This document shows, piece after piece, positions 1 to 11,010 of a DNA stretch of 64,000 nucleotides; the stretch's first letter is position 1; each line of letters starts with the position of its first letter. The notes beneath the pieces are model-generated. The model searched no databases. It was given only the letters and a program-made list of their open reading frames with translations, and was not told the origin of the DNA. Position numbers and translations under genes: made by a program. The stretch lies in the NCBI RefSeq assembly GCF_006345805.1, contig NC_043005.1, forward strand, positions 16,182,001 to 16,246,000. The letters are read 5' to 3'. Source of the DNA: Octopus sinensis (taxonomy: Eukaryota).

Positions 1-775
1 TCCGGAACGTTCGTGCCGATTTCTAAAGGAAAGAAAAAGGTCAATAAATACTTGCCATTACATTTTTAATCAACCAAATATGAACCATTTTGTTGTACAA
101 TGCGTCTCCATCTTTCCTTTAACTTGAAAATACCCTCTTCCCAGAATTGAGGTGGTTTCATGGCAAAGGTATCTTTTTACGTCATCCAAGGAATTGAAAT
201 TTTTACCATTAAGACTATTCTTCTCACTCAACTAATGTGGTACCCAAACATCGTAGCAATTTGTGTACCGAAGCTTTACCAGGTGCTCATGAACGACAGA
301 TTCTGATAGGTTGAGAGTTTCTGCCATTTCTCGAGTTGTGCAATGTTGGTTATTCTCAATTAATGACTTGATTTGGTCATCATCTATAGTGGATGGTCTA
401 CCTGATTGCACTTTATCAATAAGGCTATAATCTCCAGCTCGGAACCTTGCGAACCACTTCCGTAAAGTTCTTTCGGATAAAGAAACATCACCGTAAACTG
501 CGCATATTTCTTTGGTTGCTTGTGAGGCAATTTTCCCTTTACGGAAAAAGAAAAGTATCAAGTGCCGAAAATGAACTTTCTTATTTTCCATTTTAAAGAG
601 TTACAGAATTAACACAGGTTATAGGAACATAAACCTTCTTCTACGAAAAGATAGCTTAAACTATGCTCTAAATGGAGGTGTAGTCAAATCTTATTTTTTG
701 GACTCAACCATGTTCTAAAATAAGTCGAAAAGTAAGCTACTATAAATCAGCATGGATTTTCCGGATAACCCAATA
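1..775 (-). mobile_element. Internally deleted mariner (Tc1/mariner) DNA transposon; left end runs off the window
   Basis: ORF 232-591 is a mariner N-terminal HTH region ending in WVPH. It continues past a stop into the C-terminal tail (NSLNGKNFNSLDDV...FWEEGIFKLKERWRRIVQQNGSYLVD). TIR at 744-773 is followed by TA and its reverse complement resembles 1-22. Confidence 0.88.
232..591 (-). pseudogene. Mariner transposase N-terminal (HTH) remnant
   Basis: HFRHLILFFFRKG...ICAVYG...WFARFRAGDYSL.D...SGRP...WVPH motifs; catalytic domain absent. Confidence 0.88.
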
Positions 776-1140
776 TATCAAAGTCAACAATTATGGCTTT
801 CTTTAGAGATTGTGCGGTGAACATTCTTTTCTATAGAGCAGAAACCTAGACGATAAAAATGGATTTTTATGACCACAGCGACAGTACGTTCACCAGGCTT
901 AAAATAGCTCGTGGCGTGAGTATAAAAGGATATTTATGGACACTTTTCATCCACCTTTCCTATAGAATAGGTTTTGCCTTACCGTTGTGCTGGACATTAG
1001 GCCACATCGGATGTTTTGCTTCGGACATTTCTACATCCTGATAGAGGACGTAAACCACTTGCCTACATTGATGATATTGGAAGAGACGCTCAACATGGCA
1101 TTGACGATCTACCACACTTGACGGGAGTCACGGCATGATG

Positions 1141-1406
1141 AAAGGTAGAAGAAGAAGAAGAAGAAGAAGAAGAAGAAGAGGTCGACGACAAATAAGAGAA
1201 AGATGGAAGGGGAGGAGAGGAGGAGGAAGAGGAGGAGGAAGGGGAGAAACAGTTGACGACGACGAAGAAGAAAGAGAAGAAGAAGAAGAAGAAGAAGAAG
1301 AAAAAGAAGAAGAAAAAGAAGAAGAAAAAGAAGAAGAAAAAGAAGAAGAAGAAGAAGAAGAAGAAGAAGAAGAAAAAAAAAGAAGAAGAAGGAGAAGAAG
1401 AAGAAA
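1141..1406 (+). repeat. (GAA)n/(GGA)n microsatellite
   Basis: Direct inspection. Confidence 0.95.
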
Positions 1407-1596
1407 TATACCAAATATACCACATTATAAAATAGCATAATAACATAAAATTGAAGTGTATCAGTTCTTTAAAACTTCACACGTGGTAACTTAAGACCAA
1501 CCGTTGGCGGTTACAAAATTGGTCTCATGTAGTTAAATAACTAATTAAGAAATCTAATTTAATCACCAAATCGCTGTATCACCATGACCACAGCCA

Positions 1597-1752
1597 TTAC
1601 AACAACAACTACTACTACTACTGCTACTACTACTACTACTACTACTACTGCTGCTGCTAATGTTGATGCTGAAGCTGCTATTACTACTACAAATACTTCT
1701 ACAACCAGAACTACTGCTGTTGCTACTACTACTACTACTACTACTACTACTA
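1597..1752 (+). repeat. (ACT)n/(GCT)n microsatellite
   Basis: Direct inspection. Confidence 0.9.
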
Positions 1753-2069
1753 TCAGTCGTACTAATCCTGATGTATTTTGTACGCAGGTCTGCCTTAATA
1801 GGATAAACCTATGTTGAAAGCTGTTTCACCTACCAACATACTATATATGTTTCAGGCATTATGTATCTTGGATTATATCATTCAATGTATCCTCCCATTT
1901 TTAAGAAGTGGGGTTGATTTAAGAGAGCTTTGCTTGCTGCTCCCAGCATATCAAATGGCCAAATAAAGACATCTTCTACACTTGTCATGTCCTTATTCAG
2001 CGAAAAGGTACGGTGATATTCTTAAACTCTATGAAGTTGTGTGAATACCAATACAGACTTCTGTTTTTT

Positions 2070-2990
2070 TTATGAGCCGGGCGTAAATCAGGACGCTACC
2101 TGAATTATCTCAGGTCATTAAACTCTGATGTGGTAACCATTAGTCAGACCAGACTTTCGGAGGCACGTTTACGCTTTCATCTTCTAGCCGACTACTAGAC
2201 CAAAGCCTCTTTTGGTGGACACAGAGCGAATGGTGAGAAAGTACTGCTACAGAATCGAAGCACGTAGAGATAGGCTCAGTTCTAGCTATACCCGAAGGGT
2301 AGATTAGTGTACTGAAATTTGAGCGCAGTGGAATTGGCAGTGATTGGTAACTATTTGTTTTCTGATAAAGGCTACAAAGGTGGATTTCTTCGAGCGTCAG
2401 GTAGCTCTCCTAGGATCTTACTTAAAACTGTTAGGATGACTGGAATGTCATCTAAGACGCACGTAGAGCTTGGGTTGGAGAAGCATATGTTAGAGAGTTG
2501 TAAGAATTCTGTAGTTTCCCTTATCTTGCTGGTATCGTCTGGGTTTCCTAACACGTCAATTTGGACTTGAACAAGCGCCAGTAAGCAATCTAGATTGTAT
2601 CAGACTAACAGATAGGAATAGTGTAAATTGTTCACAGTTACAAATACTTGATTATACAGACTAAATGTTTGTGATCTGTGTGGTGGATTTAGACAAGGAT
2701 TTTAAAAAAGAGGTTTCCGAATCCTGGAAACAGAATGCATCGTATACAACGGGAAGATTTCAGGGACACGATTAGTGAATTAGTTATGCGGGAATTGACC
2801 CGTGCAATTATAAAGTAATGGGTCTTATAAAAAAGGAAAATCTGTCAGAATTAGCAATCATGTAAGAACCATGTAATAGAAGAGTTTGTCAACTGATTAA
2901 AAATGTTTCGCTTACGACGTGCTTGTATCGAAAAGGGCCTTTGATCACTTCCTCGAAGCGAATTGAGATACGTTGGGGCCAAAACTGTTT
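2070..2990 (+). mobile_element. Highly decayed LINE (L1/Tx1-like) APE endonuclease and partial RT remnant
   Basis: Broken-frame motifs in the expected order: NSDVVTISQTRL (~2121), DWNVI*D (~2438), FPNTSIWT*TS..QSRL (~2543-2597), EK.FD (~2930). Confidence 0.5.
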
Positions 2991-3273
2991 GAATGGCCCG
3001 TGTAGAGGAGGTGCAGTGTAGCAAGATTACGATTCTAGTATCAGTTGCAACAGCAGCAGCAGACTTGTGGCATGATCTGGTGTTAATATTCCCTGTTGCA
3101 ACAAGATACTGCATCTGGGATGCAATAACCATTGAAAACTGCTCTACATTGTGTAGATGACGCATGAAATACCAAACTGGGCTGGTTGCTGAAGTGGTGT
3201 GCAGGGGTCATTCCTACAGACCATTCTCAAATCACCATTAAAAAAACACATCCTTCATTCAAGTGACATTTTT

Positions 3274-3520
3274 CTCCCCTCCACGCTATCTTTTACTCAC
3301 TCCCCACTCTCTTTCTCTTTCACTCTCTGTTTCTCTCTACCTCTCTCTGTCTTTGTCTGCCTGTCTCTGTCACTGTCTGCCTGTCTATCTGTCGCTCTCT
3401 CTTTCTCTCTCTCTCTCACTCTCTGTCCCTGTCTAGCTCTCTGTCTGTCTCTCTGCGTTTCTATCTTTGACTCTGTCTCTCCTCCTCTCTCTCTCCCTCT
3501 CTCTCTCTTTCTCTCTGTCC

Positions 3521-3552
<32 letters not shown>

Positions 3553-3620
3553 GCCTGTCTGTCTTTGACTCTGTCTCTGTCTGTCCCCCCCTCCCTCTCA
3601 ATCTCTCTCTCTCTCTCTCA
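3274..3620 (+). repeat. (CT)n/(CTGT)n low-complexity tract
   Basis: Direct inspection. Confidence 0.9.
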
Positions 3621-3704
3621 AGCTGTCGAGTTGCCCGCCCGCATTGAATTACTAATTATTCCATATTGCATTGCACATTGTTGTTGATGTAACAGGCTTC
3701 ATTA

Positions 3705-3761
3705 CAATAGCAGCAGCAATAGCAACAACAACAATAGCAGCAGTAGTAGTAGCAATGGAGA

Positions 3762-3800
<39 letters not shown>

Positions 3801-3960
3801 GTGGTGGTGGTGGTGGTGGTGGTGGTGGTAGTGGTGGTGGTGGTGATGGTGGTACTGCTGCTGAATTAGTATTAGGTAGTAGTAAAAGTAGAAGTAGCCG
3901 TGCTGTAACTGTCTTTGCTGCTACAGTTGATGCTGTTGCTGTTGTTATTGATGATGGAGA
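3705..3960 (+). repeat. (GCA)/(GTA)/(GGT)n compound trinucleotide tract
   Basis: Direct inspection. Confidence 0.9.
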
Positions 3961-4276
3961 TTAGGTAATGTCTGTGGTGTTGCCAGGGTAACCGCAATGT
4001 TTGTTGACGTAATCAAAGATTTTGCTGACAATGTTGTTGCAGTTTACGTTGCAGTAGTTATCGCTTCTATTCTTGTCACAGTTGTTGTTGTTTTTTTTAT
4101 TTTTATCTCCAGATAAGACCTGATCGAACCGATCTATAATCGATTGTGTCCCAAACTTGATAATCATGTCCTTTTATACTTCAATAGGTTTAACCCGTCA
4201 CCAGGTATAATAACCCCACCTGGCTCTTCCATGCCATCAGATGAGTTCACAGGTTCTTGCAAACAGTCGTTCCTGG

Positions 4277-5441
4277 TCTCTGACCTGAGGATATCCCCAG
4301 CCCTCCTTATAACCAGTCTTGGAGGCTTTAGAAAAGACGACGAACCTTACCCTTTCTCTCAAATTAAGGCATTATAAAATTATTTTAAAATCTTAATACA
4401 TTAACCAAACTGTCCAGTGTATCTCTGATCTGAGGATGTCTCCAGACCACCTTATAACCAGTCTTAGAGGCTTTAGAAAGGAAGACGAATCTCTTTTCTC
4501 TCAGATTAAGGCATTATAAGATTATTTTAAATCTCTTCAGATACATTAATTAACCAAACTGTCCAGCGTATCTCTGATCTGCGGATTCTTCCAAACCACC
4601 TTATAAAAAAACCAGTCTTAGAGCGTTAGAAAGGAAGACGATCTCTTTTCTCTCAGATTAAGGCATTATAAGATTATTTTAAAATCTTCAGAATACATTA
4701 ACCAAACTGTCCAGTGTATCTCTGATCTGAGGATGTCTCCAGACCACCTTATAACCAGTCTTAGAGGCTTTAGAAAGGAAGACGAATCTCTTTTCTCTCA
4801 AATTAAGGCATTATAAGATTATTTTAAAATCTTCAGAATACATTAACCAAACTGTCCAGTGTATCTCTGATCTGAGGATGTCTCCAGACCACCTTATAAC
4901 CAGTCTTAGAGGCTTTAGAAAGGAAGACGAATCTCTTTTCTCTCAAATTAAGGCATTATAAGATTATTTTAAAATCTTCAGAATACATTAACCAAACTGT
5001 CCAGTGTATCTCTGATCTGAGGATGTCTCCAGACCACCTTATAACCGTCTTAGAGGCTTTAGAAAGGAAGACGAATCTCTTTTCTCTCAAATTAAGGCAT
5101 TATAAGATTATTTTAAAATCTTCAGAATACATTAACCAAACTGTCCAGTGTATCTCTGATCTGAGGATGTCTCCAGACCACCTTATAACCAGTCTTAGAG
5201 GCTTTAGAAAGGAAGACGAATCTCTTTTCTCTCAAATAAGGCATTATAAGATTATTTTAAAATCTTCAGAATACATTAACCAACTGTCCAGTGTATCTCT
5301 GATCTGAGGATGTCTCCAGACCACCTAAACCAGTCTTAGAGGCTTTAGAAAGGAAGACGAATCTCTTTTCTCTCAGATTAAGGCATTATAAGATTATTTT
5401 AAAATCTTCAGAATACATTAACCAAACTGTCCAGCGTATCT
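4277..5441. repeat. Tandem satellite, ~145-bp unit, ~8 copies
   Basis: CCAGTCTT(A/G)GAG recurs at ~4313, 4458, 4612, 4755, 4900, 5045, 5189, 5330. Inner copies are near-identical and the first copy is diverged. Confidence 0.95.
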
Positions 5442-6116
5442 CACGAAAATCTAAAGACGGCGTTCAGGTTTCTGCCGTTGGTTCACTTGCCCTTATACTT
5501 GTTACTACTGCTGCTACAATTGTTGTTGATTCTGCTGTTGTTTATGCTTATGTTAATCTGTTTGGTATAATTTTTCGGTCTTCTCTTTGTTGTCTTCTTG
5601 AGAGAACGAGAGCATCCCACATGCCAAAAATGACAGCTGTTTTAATTCAGAAGGTGATACGAAGATAAACATCTCAGATTTCCGGTAAAGACTCTTTTTA
5701 CTTTTTCTTTTTTCATTTTTCTATTTTTTAAAAATATTTCAGTTCTTATTTGTATGCATGTAATCATGCATACAGGAAACGCAATATGGCCGATTAGACA
5801 ATCATTCATTCGTGTACAAGTTTTAATCATTGCACTAAGGCCGTGCGGGGGCACTGCCTTTAAGGGTTTTAGTCGATTATATGGGTGCAATATTTCGTTT
5901 CGTATTTATTTTATGGACCTTAGAGAAGGACAGAAATAGTGATTATCTGAGCTAAAGAGGGGGCTACAGAAACAAAATTATGGCCAACAATTTTCTCACG
6001 ATATATCGTTTTTTTTACCATCCTGCACCGATGCATACACACATATCGACACACAACCACAAAGATATAACTACATGTGTGTGAGTGTGTGTGTGTGTGT
6101 GTCTGTGTGTCTGTGT

Positions 6117-6860
6117 GCACAAGGCCTCACATTTGGGGTAAAGGATTAAGTCGATTACATCAACCGCAGTGCGTAACTGGTACTTATTTAATCGATCCCG
6201 AAAGGATGAAAGGCAAAGTCAACCTCGGCAGAATTTGAACTCAGAACGTAGCGACAGACGAAATACCTATTTCTTTACTACCCACAAGGGGCTAAACACA
6301 GAGAAGACAAACAAGGACAGACAAACGGATTAAGTCGATTATATCGACCCCAGTGCGTAAATGGTACTTAATTTATCTACCCCGAAAGGATGAAAGGCAA
6401 AGTCGACCTCGACGGAATTTGAACTCGGAACGTAGCGGCAGACGAAATTCCTATTTCTTTACTACCCACAAGGGGCTAAACACAGAAGGGACAAGCAAGG
6501 ACAGACAAACGGATTAAGTCGATTATATCCACCCCAGTGCGTAACTGGTACTTATTTAATCGATCTCGAAAGGATGAAAGGCAAAGTCAGCCTCGGCGTA
6601 ATTTGAACTCAGAACGTAGCGACAGACGAAATACCTATTTCTTTACTACCCACAATGGGCTAGGGGACAAACAAGGACAGACAAACGGATTAAGTCGATT
6701 ATATCGACCCCAGTGCGTAACTGGTACTTAATTTATCTACCCCGAAAGGATGAAAGGCAAAGTCGACCTCGGCGGAATTTGAACTCAGAACGTAGCGGCA
6801 GACGAAATACCGCCAAGCATTTCGTCTGGCGTGCTAACGATTCTGCCAACTCGCCGCCTT
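6117..6860 (-). mobile_element. SINE family A multimer (one head plus four ~183-bp bodies)
   Basis: Head AAGGCGGCGAGTTGGCAGAATCGTTAGC, B-box GAGTTCAAATTCC, central GCCTTTCATCCTTTCGGGGTCGATAAATTAAGTACCAG repeated four times. Confidence 0.88.
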
Positions 6861-7344
6861 ATACGATATTATGATAATGAAAACTTCCTGAATAAAGTTG
6901 CTCTAAGTCAGATAAAGAATCACACACGTTACAGAAGTTTCTGAATAGCCAGTTGCTTAATATACATAATGTAGTTGTTAATCTCATTCATCAAACTTGG
7001 AATAGTATTCACATGTGTCAAGTCTTAGATTTAAAGATGGAAAACTTACTAAACAAACTGGATGACCAATGGTAAAAGCAACAACCAAAAGATTATTTTA
7101 ATCAACTTCTGAATCGTAGTTCCGTCCAAACAGACTTATTCAAGGTAAAAAAATAAAAGCAAATTCTAAAACTAAAATACTAAAATACTTAAGTTAATGT
7201 TAGCACACTTAATGCAAGAGTATTAAAAAACTAATATGGAATTATTAAATGGGTACGAAAATATATAGACAGACAGACAGACAATTACGTTGGTATAAAG
7301 GTAAACTAAAACTGATTATGCGATCAACAAAATATATTAGCCAA

Positions 7345-7495
7345 TTGTTAGTTCAAATGCTGCCGAGGTCGACTTTGCCGTTTATCCTTTCGTGAACGAT
7401 AAAATAAGTGCTAGTAGAGAACTGGGGTCGATATGATTGACTTACCCTCTTCCCCCGAAATTGGTGGCATTGTGTCAAAATTTGAAGCCAATATT
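7345..7495 (+). mobile_element. Decayed SINE-A fragment
   Basis: AGTTCAAATGCTGCCGAGGTCGACTTTGCC...ACTGGGGTCGAT matches the SINE-A body. Confidence 0.7.
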
Positions 7496-8269
7496 TCTCC
7501 ATTATTTCCGCTAGAACGGGAGACAATTCTGGACATATTTCTATATTACTATGATCTCATCAGTGGGGCACAAATTTCATTTTAAATAAATATCCAAAAA
7601 TAATATATAGTATTTAAATTTTCATCATTTGTGAATTATTTTGGAAATTATGATAAATTTTTCCAAAAGTCTCAAATGGGAATCGCTGAAAAACAGCATA
7701 TTTATCCTTTTCTATTCAATTGTAATAATAAACATTTTGGTTTTTTTTAAACTATAGTATCAAATGCGAATGTGTGTGAAATATCAATCAATGATATAGA
7801 TGGGAAATGTAAAAAAAAAAGAAGAAAGAAAAATAAAAACGTTTTCAAAACAGTTAGTATTTTCGTAGTTCAAAACTTGCGATTTATGACATAAAATGTC
7901 CTCTAGAATCAGCCAGAGCTGATAATGACAAACTTTAACTACTAAATATTGGTAAATACACCTCTGCAAGTGCAATATGCATAAGGAATTCATTTTAAAT
8001 ACAACTAACAAACTGCAGAGAGACTGTTTTTAGCAGATCCCCAAATAGGCTCATGGCAGGCAATGGGTTAAAATCAGTTTCTATTTTTCATATAAGTAAA
8101 ATTCCTTATGCTCTGTATCTAACTACATCATGCGGCACACCATTGTGTTGTAGGACACCGTTTGGGAAAAACTAACGCGTAATCTCACTTCGTAAACAAA
8201 AGATTGTAGGTTCAATCCCAAACCGAGGGGCGCGATGAAGTCTCAAGTAGTTCGCTTAAAGACGTACAG

Positions 8270-8375
8270 AAGCGGCCGTTCACAGGGGTCGCACATGGCG
8301 CTGGACTGTAAGCAACCGGGGTCCGTTTGCTATCGATGCAGGCAGACAGGGCACATCGCCCGTGATTGCGACCAG
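8270..8375 (+). mobile_element. Retroelement gag remnant with CCHC zinc knuckle
   Basis: In-frame SHMALDCKQPGSVCYRCRQTGHIARDCDQ: a complete CX2CX4HX4C at 8328-8369 preceded by the HX4C half of a first knuckle. Confidence 0.7.
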
Positions 8376-8589
8376 TTACTCTAGTACACTCAGACATAAA
8401 TAACTTAGGAATTGTGTTGGTGCAGTCTTCTCTCACTCCAAATATCACATCGTGGATGTTTCATTGTGTCAAGGCTGGGGTGGTGGGGTGCCAAGGCAAA
8501 TTTCTATGTCTGCACGCGACTACATAGGCACCAAATCAATTAGCGAAAGCATAGTACATGCTACCAAGCCATTCTCACCCCTGAGTGAC

Positions 8590-8832
8590 TGTTAGATATA
8601 TTTCAGGTTTTAATTTACTCATAACATAGATAACAATTTCTAGCACGAATTTTATAAATGCTCCATAGCCTCTCAATATCATTTCTTCACTTCTATAATT
8701 TCTCTCTTCTTTTCCTTTTCTCTGTATCATCTTATCCTTTCTTCATTCCTTTGTACTTGCTGCGAGGAGAATCGTTACGCTTCAACTGTTGACATGTCCC
8801 TATCATGTATTGCTTACATTAATATCTAGACA
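8590..8832 (+). mobile_element. Candidate LTR
   Basis: Starts TGTTAGATAT and ends ATATCTAGACA (TG...CA, near-inverted termini); lies ~220 bp downstream of the gag knuckle. Confidence 0.35.
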
Positions 8833-9304
8833 TCTCTCTTGTTACAGTCAGGGGAGCCGAATAGCTGTAATGGCGTAGATAGTAATGGATGAGCTATGTA
8901 ACGAACATTAGCTAGAATTCTTTATAAAAACAATCTGAAATGTTAGTTGGCGCATTGGAGAGTCGTTAAAGTATTAGATATATTACCTCACACTGTTTGT
9001 TCTGATCCTCTTCGTTCAAATCATGCCAGCCTCAAATTTACTTTAAATTTTTAGTGGGTTAATTTCTTCAAAAAAAAAGTATCAATTTAGGATAGAGGCT
9101 TTGCGTCCTGACAACTTCACCTGCGATGTCATCGATACCAAGCTGTATCAGTTTTCAAAAGACGGTCTTTTTCTTTGGACAATTTCGGCCGGCATCGTGA
9201 AGAGAGAAAACTTACATCAATGGACAATAACCAGTCAAACACACACTCACAAAAATAATAAATGCCCTGGCCGGCTCATAAAGTTGACAGAGGCCAAATA
9301 TATA

Positions 9305-11010
9305 TAAAACTTAGATAAAACTTAGATATGTTTCGACCAGAGATTGGTCCAGGCCATGTCTAACTTAATAGCACCACCTGATAGGATTATTCGAATCCTG
9401 TTTAAGTCAAGTTTTGTTCAAGTAGTGAGTTCTTGTTGGGTGAGTTGTATCCAGTTTTGTTCAAGTAGTGAGTTCTTGTTGGGTGAGTTGTATCCAATTA
9501 TGGGTGGCTTGTCTGGTATTCTTTGAAGGAATCTATCCAGACTCTGTTTGAAGTTGATGGGATCCTTTTCCTCTTTGATCTCCCTCGGGACAATGTTAAA
9601 TAGGGCAGGGCCTGTTGAGGAAAAAAATTATGTTGCAGTGTACATGTATGTTGTGATCTTGAATTTGGCAGGGGACGTATAGCCCGTGGTCCAAGTCTCG
9701 GATGAACCTTGAAGCTAATGTTTAGTCGTTGGGCAAAGTTGGCGGTATATTTTCCACATCGTACAAATGATGTACCGCTCACGGCGACGCTGGAGGGAGT
9801 AAAGTTTCAAGGCTTTAAGGCGATCCCAATAGTCGAGAGCAGCCATGCCTTCAATTGTTTAGTAAGAGCCCTCTGGGTGACTCAATTCTGGAGATGTTTT
9901 GTCTTGTGTGAGGAGACCACAGTGGGCAGCAGTATTCAAGGTGTGGCCGTACAAAGGATGAAAAAAGTGGTATGATGACACCTTGTTCTCTGGACCGGAA
10001 AGTTCTTAAGATCCAGGAACTCATCCTACGAGCTGTATCGACCTTCTTGTTGATGTGTGCACTCCAACTGAGATCGTCATCAACAATTACACCCAGGTCT
10101 CTGATATTGTTAGAGGCTGTGAGCGGTTCCCCTGAAGGAAGAGAGTATTGTTGTTTTAGTGAGGAATTTCTTCCAAAATGCATCAGCTCAAATTTTCCCC
10201 TCATTCAGTTGCATTTTGTTTCTGTCTGCCCATTGACTCACAGCATATAGGTCAGACTGGAGTTGAGTTCGGTCTGCTTCTTCATTGACGATTTGCTGGA
10301 GCTTAGTGTCATCAGCGAATATTTTCACTTTGCAGTGATGTACGACACTGGAAAGGTCGTTTACATAAATTATGAAGAGTAGCGGACCCAAAACAGTTCC
10401 CTGGGGAACACCGCTGGTGACTTTTGCTGGGTTGAGTGGACTCCATCAACTACAACATGTTGTGTTCTATTCGCTAGGAAATACTGAATCCAGTGTAGAA
10501 CTTTTCCACGGATTCCAACATTTGCCAATTTTGAGAGTAGGATGTTATGGTCTACCCTGTCGAACGCTTTACTGAAGTCAAGGTATATGACGTCAGAGTT
10601 CGAACCTGTTCCCAAGGCTTTGAGTACATCTTCAATGTGGTGTAAGAGCTGTGTTAGACAGTCCCTGCCACAGCGAAAGCCATGTTGATTTGAATTTAGG
10701 AGTTTGTGGGTCTCCAGGAAGTCAGCTATCCTTGATCTTAACACTCTTTCAAACACTTTAATGATGTGGGAGGTGAGTGAGATTGGGCGATAGTTGACTG
10801 CGAGGATCTGTTTCCCTGTTTGAAAACCGGGATGACCGACTGGGATAGAAACTTTTTCGGTATAAACCTGCGTCTAACGAGTTTCTCCAGAGGTTGGTCA
10901 GAGGGACTGCAAGTTGATTCTACATTCTCCTTCAGGAGACTGGCGGGAAATCTATCAGGGCTACAGCGGAGTAATGTTTGACCTCATTTATTGCTGCTAC
11001 GATGTCCCAG
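9305..11010 (-). mobile_element. 5'-truncated CR1-group LINE (RT domain and 3' end)
   Basis: Frameshifted ORFs give NYRPISLTS, NQHGFR, DFSKAFD, GPLLFIIYVND, FADDTK, RDLGV, VRPHLEYC. Short tandem 3' tail (TCTAAGTTTTA) at ~9305-9328; internal 43-bp tandem duplication at 9410-9495. Confidence 0.92.

Noticed and set aside
1090-1446. Poly-E/K/R/F/L ORFs
   Set aside because: (GAA)n tract.
4640-4700. Hammerhead-like order on the minus strand of the 145-bp repeat (CTGAAGA, TTTTAAA/TTTGAGA, GAAA, AGA/TCT, TC)
   Set aside because: No stem I can form (AATGTATT versus CTTTCT) and stem II lacks the usual closing pair; probably chance in AT-rich DNA.
4277-5441. CRISPR-like array
   Set aside because: Units are contiguous with no unique spacers; eukaryotic context; no cas genes.
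7525-7570. Minus-strand CTGATGA...GAAATATGTC
   Set aside because: Stems I and II do not pair; at best a decayed relic.
8040-8071. piggyBac-like end GGCAGGCAATGGG-TTAA
   Set aside because: No matching left end found.
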